Assembly (NCBI GenBank): GCA_040901985.1
Contig: JBBDYC010000018.1
Location: 1 to 42,712, forward strand
Source: Gemmatimonadaceae bacterium
GTDB lineage: Bacteria > Gemmatimonadota > Gemmatimonadetes > Gemmatimonadales > Gemmatimonadaceae
Reading direction: 5' to 3'
Length of the DNA stretch: 42,712 nt
The notes under the pieces were generated by a model. The model saw nothing but the letters and a program-made list of their open reading frames with translations. It did not search any database and had not been told where the DNA came from. Of this stretch, positions 8,991 to 18,517 are shown in pieces (the stretch's first letter is position 1; every line of letters starts with the position of its first letter). The translations under genes and the position numbers were made by a program.

Positions 8991-9934
8991 CCGCCGCGGT
9001 CCTGCTGGCGCTGCTCCTCCAGGGCGTGGCGCCCCAGCGCGCCGCCCAGGTGACCGCCCGGATCTCACCCGAGGCGCCGGCGATCGGCGAGGTCATCACC
9101 GTCGCGCTGCGCGTGCGGGCGCCGGTGGGCAGCGAGGTCCGCTTTCCGGCGCTCCCCGACTCGGCCGTCCGCGTCGAGGCGCTCGACCCGCGCGCCATCC
9201 GCGACGCGTCAACGGCGTCGATGCTCGACCGGACGGCGATCTACCGGCTGATCGCGTTCGACACCGGCCGCGCCACGCTCCGCTTCGGCGACGTCACGAT
9301 CCGCCGCGACGGCGCCGAGCGGCGCTACCCGGTGACGCTGCCGGCCCTGCGCATCCGCTCGGTGCTGCCGGCCGACAGCACCGGCCGGGTGCCGCGTCCG
9401 GCGCGCGGCCTGCTCGACGCCGACACGACGCCCTGGCGCTGGATCGTCGCGCTGGTCGTGGTCGCGCTCCTCGGCTACTGGAGTGTGCGGCGGTGGCGGG
9501 CGTGGCGCGCGGAACGGCAGGCCGCCGGTCCCGACGTCGCCGTGCGGGCCCGCCTCGGCTTCGAGCACGCGCGCGCACTGGCCCTCCTCGAGGCGGGGGA
9601 GACCGGGCGACACGCCCTCGCCCACGTCGCCGTGATGCGCCGCTACCTCAGCGAACGCTTTCCGACGGCCCTCCCGGCGCTGACCGCGGCCGAGTTGGCG
9701 CCGGTGCTTCACGCGGCGCAGTTCCCGGTGCTCCCCGAGCGCGCGGTTGATCTGCTGAAGCGCGCCGAGGCGCTGGCCTTCGCGCGCGCCGCGGCAACCA
9801 GCACCGAGGCCGAGGCGATCGCGGCCGCCGCAATGGCGCTGGTAGAGGACGTCGAGACCGCCTGGCAGGCGCGGCGCGAGCGCCAGCTCCGGGACGACGC
9901 CGCGCGCCGCAAGACGCGGCAGAGGCGGCCGTGA
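8987..9934 (+). CDS. Exported/membrane-anchored protein of the Bat operon (BatD/DUF4381-like)
   Basis: GTG 8987 start with signal-like TAAVLLALLLQG, beta-rich domain, TM segment WRWIVALVVVALLGYW, then RRYLSERF...LT. The ORF-track extension from 8036 overlaps DUF58. Confidence 0.75.
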   Translation: MTAAVLLALLLQGVAPQRAAQVTARISPEAPAIGEVITVALRVRAPVGSEVRFPALPDSAVRVEALDPRAIRDASTASMLDRTAIYRLIAFDTGRATLRFGDVTIRRDGAERRYPVTLPALRIRSVLPADSTGRVPRPARGLLDADTTPWRWIVALVVVALLGYWSVRRWRAWRAERQAAGPDVAVRARLGFEHARALALLEAGETGRHALAHVAVMRRYLSERFPTALPALTAAELAPVLHAAQFPVLPERAVDLLKRAEALAFARAAATSTEAEAIAAAAMALVEDVETAWQARRERQLRDDAARRKTRQRRP

Positions 9935-10920
9935 CCATCGGGCCGCTCAGCTTTGCCGCACCGTGGGCGTTTCTCCTCCTGGTGCCGCTGGCGCTCTGGC
10001 TCCTCTGGCGTCGGCGTCGGCATCCGCCGGCGCTCCTCTTCGCGCGCGCCGGCCTGCTCGCGCGCGGCCCGCGCCGCGGACGTTGGACCGCGCGCGCCCT
10101 GGTCGGGCTGCGCGTCCTCGCGCTCACGGGGGCGGTGGTCGCGATGGCGCGGCCGCGCACCGGTGCCCGCGTCGAGACCATTCGCGGCGACGGCATCAGC
10201 ATCGTGCTCGCGCTCGACCTCTCCAGTTCGATGCTCGCCGAGGATTTCCAGCCGAAGAACCGGCTCGAGGTCGCCAAGGAGACCGCCAAGGAGTTCGTCG
10301 CCGGACGCACCGCCGACCAACTCGGGGTCGTCGCCTTTGCCGGCGAGGCGCTGACCCAGGTGCCGCTCACACTCGACTACCCGGTGCTCCTCGCCGCGAT
10401 TGACAACCTGCAGCCCGGGCAGCTCGAGGACGGGACCGCGATCGGCACCGCGCTGATGACGGCGACCAATCGCCTGCGCAACGCGGCCGGACGCTCGCGG
10501 GTGATCATCCTGCTGACCGATGGCGAGAACAATCGCGGGAGCATTGATCCGCGGACGGCGGCGCAGGCGACCGCGGCCCTCGGCATCCGAGTCCACACCG
10601 TGGGCGTCGGCAGCGAAGGCGTCGCGCCGGTGCCAGTGGGGCGCAGCGTCTTCGGGCTGCGCTACGAGAATCGGCCGGTACGGATAGACGAGGCGTTGCT
10701 CGAGGATATCGCCGCGCTCACCGGGGGTCGCTATTTCCGCGCGCGCGACGCTGAGGCGCTGCGGCGGATCTACGAGCAGATTGATGCGCTCGAGCGGACG
10801 CCCTTGCGGGAGACGCGGATCGCTCGGTTCCGGGAGTGGTACCTCTGGCCACTCGGCCTCGCGCTCCTCGCGTTGACGCTCGAACTCGTGCTCCTCTGGC
10901 GTCGGGGGCCGCTGCCGTGA
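9931..10920 (+). CDS. batA: VWA domain protein, BatA-like
   Basis: N-terminal FAAPWAFLLL anchor, MARP, MIDAS DLSSSM, GTAIG, LLTDGENN, YEQIDALE, C-terminal TM. Confidence 0.88.
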   Translation: MTIGPLSFAAPWAFLLLVPLALWLLWRRRRHPPALLFARAGLLARGPRRGRWTARALVGLRVLALTGAVVAMARPRTGARVETIRGDGISIVLALDLSSSMLAEDFQPKNRLEVAKETAKEFVAGRTADQLGVVAFAGEALTQVPLTLDYPVLLAAIDNLQPGQLEDGTAIGTALMTATNRLRNAAGRSRVIILLTDGENNRGSIDPRTAAQATAALGIRVHTVGVGSEGVAPVPVGRSVFGLRYENRPVRIDEALLEDIAALTGGRYFRARDAEALRRIYEQIDALERTPLRETRIARFREWYLWPLGLALLALTLELVLLWRRGPLP

Positions 10921-12611
10921 CGCCGAGCTTCGACCTCCCCTGGATGCTGGCCGTCGCGCCACTTCTCGCGCTCGGCGCCGTGGTGGTGATACTTGCCGGC
11001 CATCGCGCCCGCCAGGCGCGGCTGGCGAATTTCGGGACGCCGGAGGCAATCCAGCGGCTCGGCCCGCCGGAGGTCGCCCGCCCTCCGGTCACCCGGGCGG
11101 TCCGACTGGGCCTCGCGCTCGGGTTGCTGGGGATTGCCGTGGCCGGCCCACGCTGGGGCGCCGGCACGGCAATCATTGAGACCGACGGCATAGACCTGGC
11201 CATCGCCCTCGACGTCTCGCTCTCGATGCTCGCCGAGGACGACCGTCCAAGTCGCCTGGAGCGGATGAAGCGCGAGGTGCGCCGGCTGCGGGCCAGCGCG
11301 CCGGGTGACCGCGTGGCGCTGCTCGCCTTTGCCGGCCGCAGCTACATCCTCTCGCCGCTGACGAGCGACGACGGGGCACTCGAGCTGTTCCTCGAGAACC
11401 TCGACCCGACAATCGTCGGCCAGGCCGGCTCGGAGATGGCGCCTCCGCTGCGCCAGGGAATTGACCTGCTCTCCGTGGCGCGTGGCGGCGCCGACCGCGC
11501 GCTCGTCGTGATGAGCGATGGCGAGGCGTTCGACGACCGCGACGCCGCGCTCGCCCTCGCGCGCGAGGCGCGGGCGAAGGGCATCCACTTGGTGACGGTC
11601 GGATTTGGCACTCCCGGCGGTGCGCCGATCCCGCTCCCCGAAACCGGCGGTGCCGAGGTGAAGCGCGACCGCGACGGGGCGATCGTGACCACGCGCTACG
11701 AGGACGCGCTATTGCGCGACCTCGCGGCGGCCGCCGAGGGCGAGTTCATCCCCGCCGAGGCGACGGACAAAGGGCCGCGCGCCCGCCGTGCCTTGGCCGA
11801 GCTCGAGACCGTCCGCCGCAACGAGGAACTGCGCCTGAATCGCGCGCCGCGCTACCAATGGTTCCTGGCGCTGGCCATCGTGCTGCTCCTGCTCGATGCG
11901 CTGTTCGCTGACGGGGCGCGGGTGCCGCGCTGGCTCGGCCGCTGGCGGCGGCGCGCCGCCGTGGTACCGCGCCTGGCGCTCGCGGTGGTCGGCGGGACGC
12001 TGACGGCGCTGGTGCCGCATTTCGCGGCCGCGCAGGCAGCAACGCTCCGGGAGGCAATCGAGCACCATCGCGCCGGCCGGCTGTTGCCGGCCATCCGCGC
12101 TTACCGCAGCGTGATTGCCGGCGGTGACCGTCGGTCGCTGGTCCTCTACGACCTCGGCACGGCACTGCTCGCGGCCGACTCGCTCGACGCGGCAATCGAG
12201 ACGCTCGAGCGGGCGACCTTCACGCCCGACGCCGAGGTGCGCCGGCGCGCGCGGTACAACCTGGGCGTTGCCTACCTCACGCGGGGACTGCGCCTCGACG
12301 GCGAGGCGCGGTCGAGTGCGTTGCAGAGTGCGCGCCGCGAGTTGCGGACCGTGCTACTCGAGCGGCCGGGCGACCGCGACGCCCAGTGGAACTACGAGTT
12401 GGCGTTGCGTGTCCCGCAGGGCGGCGGAGGCGGAGGCGGCGGCCCGCCTCCACCGCCGGACCCCAACGCCCCGCCGCCGCCATCACGGCAGATGTCGCGC
12501 CAGCAGGCCGAGGCGCTCCTCGACGCGTCGGCGCGCGAGGAGCGCGCGACGCAGGCACGGCGGCAACGCGGTAATTCGCCGACGCGGGCAGCAGGAGCGC
12601 GGGACTGGTGA
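10917..12611 (+). CDS. VWA + TPR fusion protein (BatB-BatC-like)
   Basis: AGPRWG, DVSLSMLAED, SDGE, TM region, then TPR-like YDLGTALL, ARYNLGVAY, AQWNYELA and a C-terminal DW. Start GTG 10917. Confidence 0.85.
   Translation: MTPSFDLPWMLAVAPLLALGAVVVILAGHRARQARLANFGTPEAIQRLGPPEVARPPVTRAVRLGLALGLLGIAVAGPRWGAGTAIIETDGIDLAIALDVSLSMLAEDDRPSRLERMKREVRRLRASAPGDRVALLAFAGRSYILSPLTSDDGALELFLENLDPTIVGQAGSEMAPPLRQGIDLLSVARGGADRALVVMSDGEAFDDRDAALALAREARAKGIHLVTVGFGTPGGAPIPLPETGGAEVKRDRDGAIVTTRYEDALLRDLAAAAEGEFIPAEATDKGPRARRALAELETVRRNEELRLNRAPRYQWFLALAIVLLLLDALFADGARVPRWLGRWRRRAAVVPRLALAVVGGTLTALVPHFAAAQAATLREAIEHHRAGRLLPAIRAYRSVIAGGDRRSLVLYDLGTALLAADSLDAAIETLERATFTPDAEVRRRARYNLGVAYLTRGLRLDGEARSSALQSARRELRTVLLERPGDRDAQWNYELALRVPQGGGGGGGGPPPPPDPNAPPPPSRQMSRQQAEALLDASAREERATQARRQRGNSPTRAAGARDW
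12421..12482 (+). repeat. Gly- then Pro-rich low-complexity coding tract (GGGGGGGPPPPPDPNAPPPP)
   Basis: GGC/GGA codon run followed by CCG/CCT/CCA runs inside the BatB-C-like gene. Confidence 0.7.
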
Positions 12612-14674
12612 GCCGCCATCGTGCCCTGAGCGGTAGACACGGCGCGCCGCTGGTGGCGCTCGCCCTGGCCACGGCGGCGGTGACGGTCGCCGACACCGCG
12701 CAGGCGCAGGCGCCGACGGGTACCTCCAGCGACGCCGTCGAGTTTCGCGCCGCCGTCTCGCCGGAGACGGTCTTCGTCGGACAGCAGGCGACGTATAGGC
12801 TCACGGTGCGCATTCCGACCGCCGTGCGGCAGCGACTGCGCCGCAATCCGGAGTTCGTCCCGCCCGAGGCGCGATCGGTGCTCGCCTACGACCTTCCCCT
12901 CGCGCGCACGCCGGCCACCGAGGAGGCGATTGAGGTCCACGTCTTCCGCCGCGCGCTCTTTCCGCTGACCCCGGGGCGGTATGCCATACCCGCGGCGCGG
13001 TTGTCCTACGCGCTCCCCCAAAGTTCGAGCTTCTTCAGTCGCGAGGAGGAGCGGACCCTGCGCTCGGAGCCGGTGGCGTTCGTGGCAATCGATCCGCCTA
13101 CGCGCGGTAGGCCCGCGGATTGGCTCGGCGCAGTTGGACGGTGGCGCGCGACCGTCCGCACCGAAGCCGATGGCGCGCGCGTCGGCGACCCGTTCGTCCT
13201 CGTGCTGCGCCTCGAAGGGCAGGGAAACGCCGCCCTCCTGTCGCGTCCCGCCGTGAACTTCTCTTGGGCCGATGTCGTCGTCGAGGATGAGCGGATCGTC
13301 ATTGACTCCACGCCGACGCTCCTCGGCGGTGCCAAGGAGTTCAGCTGGCTTGTGACGCCGCGGTTGAGCGGCGTCCAGCGGGTGCCGGAGATCGGGTACA
13401 CGTATTTCGATCCCGACCTCCGCCGCTACGTGACGGCCCGCGCGGCGCCCGTGCGCGTCCAGGTCCGTGACGGCGACCTCGTGTCGTTGCCGCCCCGCAA
13501 GGTCAACGAGACCGTCGTGGTGCCGCTCACCGTGCGGCCGACGCTTGCAGGTCCGTCGCCCGTACGACTGCCGGGCAGTGCGTGGTGGCTGCTGTTGGCC
13601 GCGGTGGCGCCGGTGCCGTGGGCGACGCGCCGGCTCACCGAGCGGCGGCGACTCCGGGTGGCGGCGGCGCGCGCCCACGCGCAGGAAACGCGCCGCCGGA
13701 GTGCGCGCGCCCAATTCGACGCCGCCGTGCAGGAGCGCACGGGAATCGCGATGGTCGGCGTCACGGCGCCCGGCGAGTTTTCCGTCGCGCTTCGCCTCGA
13801 GGGGGTCAGCGACGCCACGGCAGCCGAGGCCGAATCGCTGCGCGACGCGTTCGACGCGCAGGCCTTTGCCCCCGGCGCCGCCCGCGCGAGTGGTGGTGGC
13901 AACCTGCGCGCACGTGCCGAATCGCTCCTCGAGCGCATTGACCGTGAGGCCAGGCGCCGTGCGCTTCCGTTACTGTTACTGGCGCTCCTCGGCGTCGGCG
14001 CCTGCCAGCGCGCCGTCGGCGACGAAGCGGCGACTCGCGCCTTTGCCGAGGGCACGACGGCGTTCGTCGGCGCGGACTACGCACGCGCTCGCGACGCCTT
14101 CCTCCGCAGCGCGCAGGCCGCCCCGCGCGACGCGAACGCGTGGGCGAACCTCGGCACCGCCGCCTGGCAGGCCGGCGACACCGCGACAGCGGTGCTTGGC
14201 TGGCAGCGGGCCCTGCGCCTCGCCCCGCTGAATCAGGACCTGCGGACCCGACTCCGCCGGGTGCGGGCGCCCCAGCTGCGGGGAATCGGACGGGTCTGGC
14301 CGGTCCCGCCACTGCCGCTCGTCGCCGGCGCCATTGCGCTCTGGTGCGTCGCGTGGGGGTGGATGGCGCGGCGGGCGTGGGGCGGCCGAGGCGTCGGCGT
14401 CGCGCCGCGGTTGTTGCTCATCCCGGCGCTGGGACTCGCCGCGGTGGCGCTCTGGGCCGATGCTCACCTTCGGGCGCGCGACCTTGTGGTCGTCGCGCGG
14501 GCCGGTCCGCTGCTCGCGCTCCCCGCACTCGGAGCCGACCCCGGCCCGGTTCCCCTCGTCGGCGAGATCGCGCGCGTGCGCGAACGTCGCGGCGTCTGGC
14601 TACGGATCGAACTCGGCGCCGATCGCTCGGGATGGTATCCGACGGAGCGGACGCACTCCCTGACGCGTGATTGA
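12608..14674 (+). CDS. BatD-like protein fused to a TPR (BatE-like) C-terminal module
   Basis: Signal peptide (AQAQA), BatD-type repeats (VFVGQQ, ALFPLTPG, GAVG, YFDP), TPR AWANLGTAAWQAG...RALRLAP, and a C-terminal SH3-like WLRIELG..SGW. Confidence 0.8.
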   Translation: MSRHRALSGRHGAPLVALALATAAVTVADTAQAQAPTGTSSDAVEFRAAVSPETVFVGQQATYRLTVRIPTAVRQRLRRNPEFVPPEARSVLAYDLPLARTPATEEAIEVHVFRRALFPLTPGRYAIPAARLSYALPQSSSFFSREEERTLRSEPVAFVAIDPPTRGRPADWLGAVGRWRATVRTEADGARVGDPFVLVLRLEGQGNAALLSRPAVNFSWADVVVEDERIVIDSTPTLLGGAKEFSWLVTPRLSGVQRVPEIGYTYFDPDLRRYVTARAAPVRVQVRDGDLVSLPPRKVNETVVVPLTVRPTLAGPSPVRLPGSAWWLLLAAVAPVPWATRRLTERRRLRVAAARAHAQETRRRSARAQFDAAVQERTGIAMVGVTAPGEFSVALRLEGVSDATAAEAESLRDAFDAQAFAPGAARASGGGNLRARAESLLERIDREARRRALPLLLLALLGVGACQRAVGDEAATRAFAEGTTAFVGADYARARDAFLRSAQAAPRDANAWANLGTAAWQAGDTATAVLGWQRALRLAPLNQDLRTRLRRVRAPQLRGIGRVWPVPPLPLVAGAIALWCVAWGWMARRAWGGRGVGVAPRLLLIPALGLAAVALWADAHLRARDLVVVARAGPLLALPALGADPGPVPLVGEIARVRERRGVWLRIELGADRSGWYPTERTHSLTRD

Positions 14675-14699
14675 CCCTCCCGTGCCCGGCCGGGAGATT
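14671..14699 (+). promoter_or_regulatory. Putative internal promoter for mutL (leaderless geometry)
   Basis: TTGACC (14671-14676), 17-bp spacer, GAGATT (14694-14699), ATG 6 nt later at 14706. Confidence 0.5.
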
Positions 14700-14705
14700 G
14701 CAGGG

Positions 14706-16448
14706 ATGCAGACCGACCGCATCGCCGTGCTTGCGCCCGACGTCGCCGACCGCATCGCCGCCGGCGAGGTGGTCGAGCGACCGGCGTCGGTGGTGAAGGA
14801 ATTGGTCGAGAATGCGCTCGACGCGGGCGCGACCGCGGTCGAACTCGAGCTGCGCGACGGCGGGCGCACGCTGATCCGCGTCAGCGATGACGGCAGCGGG
14901 ATGTCGCGCGCCGACGCGTCGCTCGCGATCGCCCGCCACGCGACGAGCAAGATCCGCGACGCCGAGGACCTCGTCGGCGTCGCCAGTTTCGGCTTTCGCG
15001 GGGAGGCGCTGCCGGCGATCGGCTCGGTCTCGCACCTGACCATCGAAACGGCGCTCGCCGACGGCGCGGGGGTGCGGGTCGAGGTCTCCGGCGGTGCGCT
15101 GCGCGCGGTGACGGACGCGGCGCGGCGCCGCGGCACCACGGTCACCGTCGAGGATCTCTTCCACAATACGCCGGCGCGCCAGAAGTTCCTGCGTGGCGTC
15201 CGGTCGGAGTGGCGCGCGGTCGCCGAGATGCTGACCACGCTCGCCCTCGTCCGGCGCGATGTGCGATTCGCCGTCACGCACGACGGCAAGGAGCAGATGC
15301 GGCTTCCTCCGGCGCACGACCTACGCGCGCGCGTGGCCGCGCTCTGGGGCGCCGACGCCGCCGACCGCCTTGTGCCGGTGGAGGACGTGCAGGGGCCGAT
15401 CCGCGTCAGCGGCCTCGTGGAGCGCCCGACGGATGTCGGCAGCGCCGGCCGCCGCACATTCGTCACCGTCAACGGGCGCGCCGTGCGCGACCTCGGCATC
15501 GTGCGCGCCGGCGAGGCCGCGTACCGCTCCACGATCCCCTCAGGGCTCCGGCCGTCCCTCCTCCTGCAGGTGGAACTCCCCGGCGCCGACGTGGACGTGA
15601 ACGTGCATCCGTCCAAGGCCGAGGTCCGGTTCCGCGATCGGTGGACGGTCGAGCGCGCCGTCGAACGCGCGGTCCGCCTCGCCCTCGGGACGGAGGACTC
15701 CGCGGCCGCGGTCGGAATCGTGCGCGGCGTGCCCGAACTCGCGCCGCTAGGGCGCCCGCTCGGCGTCGAGGTGCTGCGCCAGGCGGCGCCGGCGGCGCCG
15801 GCGCCGCTCTTCGATGCCGCCGACGAAGCCGCCGCGGCCGTGGTCGTCGTGGCGGGAGAGGAGCCCGCGGATGAACTCTTCGTTCCGCCGCTCACGCAGT
15901 TCCATCGCACGTACATCACCTTTGAGCGGCCGGACGCGCTCGTCCTGATTGACCAGCACTCGGCCCACGAGCGCGTCCTCTACGAGCGCTTCCTGAGCGC
16001 GCTCGAGGGCGGGGAACTCCCCGCCCAGCGCCTCCTGTTCCCGCTCACGCTCCACCTCACGCCGGCCGAGGCCGAGGCGTTCGAGGCAGAGCAGGCGCTC
16101 TTCGCGCGGCTCGGGTTCATTGCCGAGGGATTCGGCGGATCCTCGCTCGTCGTCCACGCGGTGCCGACCCCGCATCCCCGCTTCGACGCCGAGCGCTGCC
16201 TGCGCGATACGCTCGCGGCCCTCACCGGCGACCGCTCGCCGAGCACGCACGCGCGCCACGAGCACCTCGCCGCGACCGTCGCCTGCAAGGCCGCCGTGAA
16301 GTCGGGTGACCTGCTGTCGCCGGAGGAGATGCGCGGCCTCTACGTGGCGCTCGCCCGCACGACGCTCCCGGCGCACGACGTGCACGGTCGCGCGACCATC
16401 CTCCAACTCGGCTGGGATGAGCTCGATCGACGCTTCGGCCGACGCTGA
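14706..16448 (+). CDS. mutL: DNA mismatch repair endonuclease MutL
   Basis: IAAGEVVERPASVVKELVENALDAGA, HATSK, GFRGEAL, DVNVHPSK, DQHSAHERVLYE, QRLLFP, ACKAA. ATG 14706 preferred over GTG 14667. Confidence 0.96.
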   Translation: MQTDRIAVLAPDVADRIAAGEVVERPASVVKELVENALDAGATAVELELRDGGRTLIRVSDDGSGMSRADASLAIARHATSKIRDAEDLVGVASFGFRGEALPAIGSVSHLTIETALADGAGVRVEVSGGALRAVTDAARRRGTTVTVEDLFHNTPARQKFLRGVRSEWRAVAEMLTTLALVRRDVRFAVTHDGKEQMRLPPAHDLRARVAALWGADAADRLVPVEDVQGPIRVSGLVERPTDVGSAGRRTFVTVNGRAVRDLGIVRAGEAAYRSTIPSGLRPSLLLQVELPGADVDVNVHPSKAEVRFRDRWTVERAVERAVRLALGTEDSAAAVGIVRGVPELAPLGRPLGVEVLRQAAPAAPAPLFDAADEAAAAVVVVAGEEPADELFVPPLTQFHRTYITFERPDALVLIDQHSAHERVLYERFLSALEGGELPAQRLLFPLTLHLTPAEAEAFEAEQALFARLGFIAEGFGGSSLVVHAVPTPHPRFDAERCLRDTLAALTGDRSPSTHARHEHLAATVACKAAVKSGDLLSPEEMRGLYVALARTTLPAHDVHGRATILQLGWDELDRRFGRR

Positions 16449-17361
16449 CCTGCCGATCATCGCCGGACCGACGGGGGCGGGGAAGTCGTCCCTCGCGCTC
16501 CGGCTCGCGGCGCGCCACGGCGCGCGCCTCATCAGCGCCGACTCCCGGCAGATCTATCGCGGCTTCGACCTCGGCACCGCCAAGCCCACGGCCGAGGAAT
16601 GCCGGCGCGTCGGGCACGACGGTATAGACATCGCGGAGCCCACCGAGCGCTGGTCGGCGGCGCGCTGGGCGTCCGATGCCGATCGCTGGATCGCCGAGGC
16701 GCGCGCGCGCCGCCAGCCGGTGATCGTCGTCGGCGGCACGGGCCTCTGGCTGCGCGCCCTCGTCCAGCCGCTGGCGGCGGAGCCGCCGATGGACCCCGCG
16801 CGCCGCCACGACCTGCAGCGTGAGCTGGCAGAGATGCCCACCGAGGAGCTGCGCCGCTGGGTCGAGCGGCTCGATCCCCCGCGGGCGCGATTCGGCCGCG
16901 CCCAACTCCTCCGCGCCGCGGAGGTCGCCCTGCTCACCGGCACCCGGCTGAGCGATCACCACGCCGCGGCTGCGGGCGCGGCGCGCCCGCGGCGAACGGC
17001 GCGCTGGCTCATCGTGGATCCCGGCCCCGTCCTCGCCGCGCAGCTCGACGCGCGTCGCGCCGCGATGGTCGCCGCCGGCTGGGTCGCCGAGGTCGAGCGA
17101 CTCGCCGCCACCGTCCCCGCGGACGCGCCCGCGTGGAACGCCTGTGGCTACCGGGCGATTCGTGAGATGGTCCGGGGAACGCACTCGCTCGCGGAGGCGT
17201 TGGACGCCGTGCGGATCGCCACGCGGCAGTACGCCAAACGCCAGCGCACCTGGTTCCGTAATCAACTCACCGGCGTCGGTCCGGTCACGCGGCTCGACCC
17301 GCGCGCCGCCGATGCCGATACGCAAGTCGAACGCTGGTTCACCCACGGAGTCCAGACGTGA
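16417..17361 (+). CDS. miaA: tRNA dimethylallyltransferase
   Basis: GPTGAGKS, SADSRQIYRGFDLGTAKP, VGGTGLW, TRQYAKRQRTWFR. Start reassigned to ATG 16417. Confidence 0.95.
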   Translation: MSSIDASADADLPIIAGPTGAGKSSLALRLAARHGARLISADSRQIYRGFDLGTAKPTAEECRRVGHDGIDIAEPTERWSAARWASDADRWIAEARARRQPVIVVGGTGLWLRALVQPLAAEPPMDPARRHDLQRELAEMPTEELRRWVERLDPPRARFGRAQLLRAAEVALLTGTRLSDHHAAAAGAARPRRTARWLIVDPGPVLAAQLDARRAAMVAAGWVAEVERLAATVPADAPAWNACGYRAIREMVRGTHSLAEALDAVRIATRQYAKRQRTWFRNQLTGVGPVTRLDPRAADADTQVERWFTHGVQT

Positions 17362-18491
17362 AGGTCGGCATCACCTGTTATCCGACGTACGGCGGGTCCG
17401 GCGCGGTGGCCACCGAACTCGGAATCGCCCTCGCCGGACGCGGCCACGAAGTGCACTTCATCTCGTACGAGCATCCGTTCCGGTTGCCGAACTTCCTCCC
17501 TGGCGTGTCGTTCCACGAAGTGAACATCGGCAGCTACCCGCTCTTCGAGTACCCGCCGTACGACCTTGCCCTGGCGGTACGGATGCACGACGTCGCGCGC
17601 TCGCAGGGCCTCGACCTGCTGCACGTCCACTACGCCATCCCGCACGCGACGAGCGCCTGGATCGCGAAGGAGATGCTGCGCGAGCAGGGACGCCGCCTGC
17701 CGGTGGTGACGACGCTCCACGGCACCGATATCACGATCGTCGGGCAGGACCACTCGTACCACGCCATCACCAAGTTCAGCATCGAGCGCTCGGACCGCGT
17801 GACGAGCGTCTCGCAGTGGCTCAAGGACGAGACGATCGCGGCCTTTGGCTGCGCGGCGGGTTCGGTGGACGTGATCCCGAACTTTGTGGAGCCGACCGCG
17901 TTCGACCGTGCGAACTCGGACGGCTCCCTCCATCGGCAGCTCGGGGGCGGGAAGCGCGTCCTGATGCACATCTCGAACTTCCGGCCGGTGAAGCGGGTGC
18001 GCGACGTCGTGCGCGTGTTCGCCAAGGTCCGTGCCGCGGTGCCGAGCGTCCTCGTGATGGTCGGGGACGGCCCGGAACGCACCGCGGCCGAGGAGGAGGC
18101 GCGCGCGCTTGGCGTCGCCGACGACGTGCGCTTCCCGGGCAAGATTGACGCGGTGGCGCCCCTCCTCGCCGCGGCGGACCTCTACGTCTTCCCGTCGGAG
18201 ACCGAGAGCTTCGGCCTCAGCGCGCTCGAGGCGCTGGCGAGCGGGGTCCCGGTCGTCGCGTCCCGCGTCGGCGGCGTGCCGGAGGTCGTGCGCGATGGCG
18301 AGACCGGTGCCCTCCTCCCGCTCGGCGACGTGGACGGGATGGCACAGGCGGCGATCGCCCTCCTCGAGCCGAAGCGTTGGGCGGTGGCGAGCGCGGCCGC
18401 ACAGCAGGATGCCCGGACGCGTTTTTCGACCGCCGACGTCGTGGGGCGCTATGAGGCGCTGTACGCCGAGGTCTTGCGCGACGTCCGCTGA
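17358..18491 (+). CDS. bshA: N-acetyl-alpha-D-glucosaminyl L-malate synthase (GT4, bacillithiol biosynthesis)
   Basis: [73 protein letters not shown]. Confidence 0.9.
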   Translation: MKVGITCYPTYGGSGAVATELGIALAGRGHEVHFISYEHPFRLPNFLPGVSFHEVNIGSYPLFEYPPYDLALAVRMHDVARSQGLDLLHVHYAIPHATSAWIAKEMLREQGRRLPVVTTLHGTDITIVGQDHSYHAITKFSIERSDRVTSVSQWLKDETIAAFGCAAGSVDVIPNFVEPTAFDRANSDGSLHRQLGGGKRVLMHISNFRPVKRVRDVVRVFAKVRAAVPSVLVMVGDGPERTAAEEEARALGVADDVRFPGKIDAVAPLLAAADLYVFPSETESFGLSALEALASGVPVVASRVGGVPEVVRDGETGALLPLGDVDGMAQAAIALLEPKRWAVASAAAQQDARTRFSTADVVGRYEALYAEVLRDVR

Positions 18492-18517
18492 CCACGCGAC
18501 CGCGCTAACTTCACCCG

